A stretch of DNA of 64,000 nucleotides from Octopus bimaculoides (Eukaryota): NCBI RefSeq assembly GCF_001194135.2, contig NC_068984.1:1444980-1508979 (forward strand), in the 5' to 3' direction. A model generated the notes under the pieces. That model saw only the letters and a program-made list of their open reading frames with translations, was not told the DNA's origin and made no database searches. Each line of letters begins with the position of its first letter. The stretch's first letter is position 1. Below are positions 62,929-64,000 of this stretch, piece after piece. A program made the position numbers and the translations under genes.

Positions 62929-64000
62929 CTGTAACCCAAAGGTAAGGATTAATTAAGAATTGTGTTTACATTTACAATTGTCAGAATGATCTTAAGGAGA
63001 ACCAATTTAGTGGGTGGGGATAGATTTTAGGGTATTCTAAAACGTCTCCTGTTTGGTGCCAGTAAAAGTTTCTACTATTAAATACGAGTAATCAGAGATT
63101 TTAGTGTACTGCAAATTGTTCATTGTTTGGTGCCAGTAAGAGTTACTGCTGTTAAATATATTTTCCAAAGCCAACCAAAGTCCTAAATAAACGACAGGTT
63201 TTATATTTGTATGTCCCCTTTGGTAATTTGACAACTGGCATCCAGGATCCCTTTCAAAAAACAGAAAACATGCGGCTGACAACCAAATTCTATTTCATTT
63301 CACATCATGGCCCACTTTTACAAGTGAGCTTCAGCATTCGCTTGATGGCTAGAAACAGCAACCAAGTCTCCTTCAACTTACAGCCTACCGTCTTGAAACA
63401 TGAAGGACACATTCAATACTGTGATCCCATATACATTATCCCCCAAAACAAGATGGGATAGTCACAATTGGAATGTCTATAGTAGCAACATGGTAACAAC
63501 ATCCATTGTTTTATTAGTTTTACACAAAACATTCTGTTATTAGTTAAAACTATTCATTATGTCTGTCATCTCAACAACAATCTGTCTGTATGTCTTGTAT
63601 TCTTTGAACATTACAATGTCGTCAACAGCGCAACTTCTCAACCTTTCTTTCAACAAATTACCCTTCTCTTTTCTCAAATATTTCAAGACTCCTCCAATTT
63701 CACTTGAACTTTTGACATTTCGTTTATAATTTTGGAACGTGATTCTAACAACAAAAGAAATGTTATTAGCAATGTTTTGATGCAGGGGGTTGTTGCTGTT
63801 GTTATTGTTTAACCACAGGCCAGACCTGACTTAGTAATCCTACTCCAGCTATGACTGCCCAAGCTTTACAAAGATATGTAGGACCTCATTATGCAATCTG
63901 TCCTTTCCTTTCCAACATGCATATCATCATCATCACTATTATTTAATATCCCTGTTCCATGCTGGAAGAGGTTACACAGTTTGACAAGGATCCAATGGGC

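Larger units (their letters stand above)
62230..63750 (-). mobile_element. Highly decayed Penelope-like RT remnants flanking the APEH micro-exon
   Basis: DDIVMFKEYK...IVVEM (like IVIKPADK...IVVMD), LPK/IKPVV, HYFTFS, KYLSGIFLL...IIDSTHRCK (like RYIDDIF...LNSFHP.IKF); hammerhead at the 3' end. Confidence 0.45.

Noticed and set aside
63540-63744. Exon-like open frame ITFQNYKRNVK...MNSFN* with a good acceptor
   Set aside because: No similarity to APEH, and it resembles the Penelope pre-RT region, so I did not call it a host exon. A nested gene is not fully excluded.

Overview
AT-rich, intron-rich, repeat-dense animal genomic DNA with seven N gaps. The SINE/RTE families and microsatellite load look cephalopod, probably Octopus (inference from recalled repeat families, not verified). 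I rebuilt three protein-coding genes by hand from splice sites and reading phase. (1) A complete minus-strand C2H2 zinc-finger transcription factor: 9 coding exons at 19756-1808, 678 aa, four C-terminal fingers, one atypical N-terminal finger and a DHCY motif. (2) A plus-strand CDKL2-like kinase with exons at 36884-48891. Its first coding exon is not visible, and it has an unusual TGY activation loop. (3) The last four exons of a minus-strand acylamino-acid-releasing enzyme (APEH, 62928-58678). The rest is mostly decayed mobile DNA: RTE and CR1-like LINEs, a CRE-like restriction-endonuclease LINE, Penelope-like elements, mariner and maT transposons, a piggyBac-like MITE and tRNA-derived SINEs. 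The most interesting signal is three minimal type I hammerhead ribozyme motifs next to Penelope-like remnants, two of them in sense orientation inside host-gene introns. Also notable are two long near-perfect palindromes, an orphan exon pair and a pre-miRNA-like hairpin. Most ORFs in the supplied track are microsatellite or transposon artefacts.
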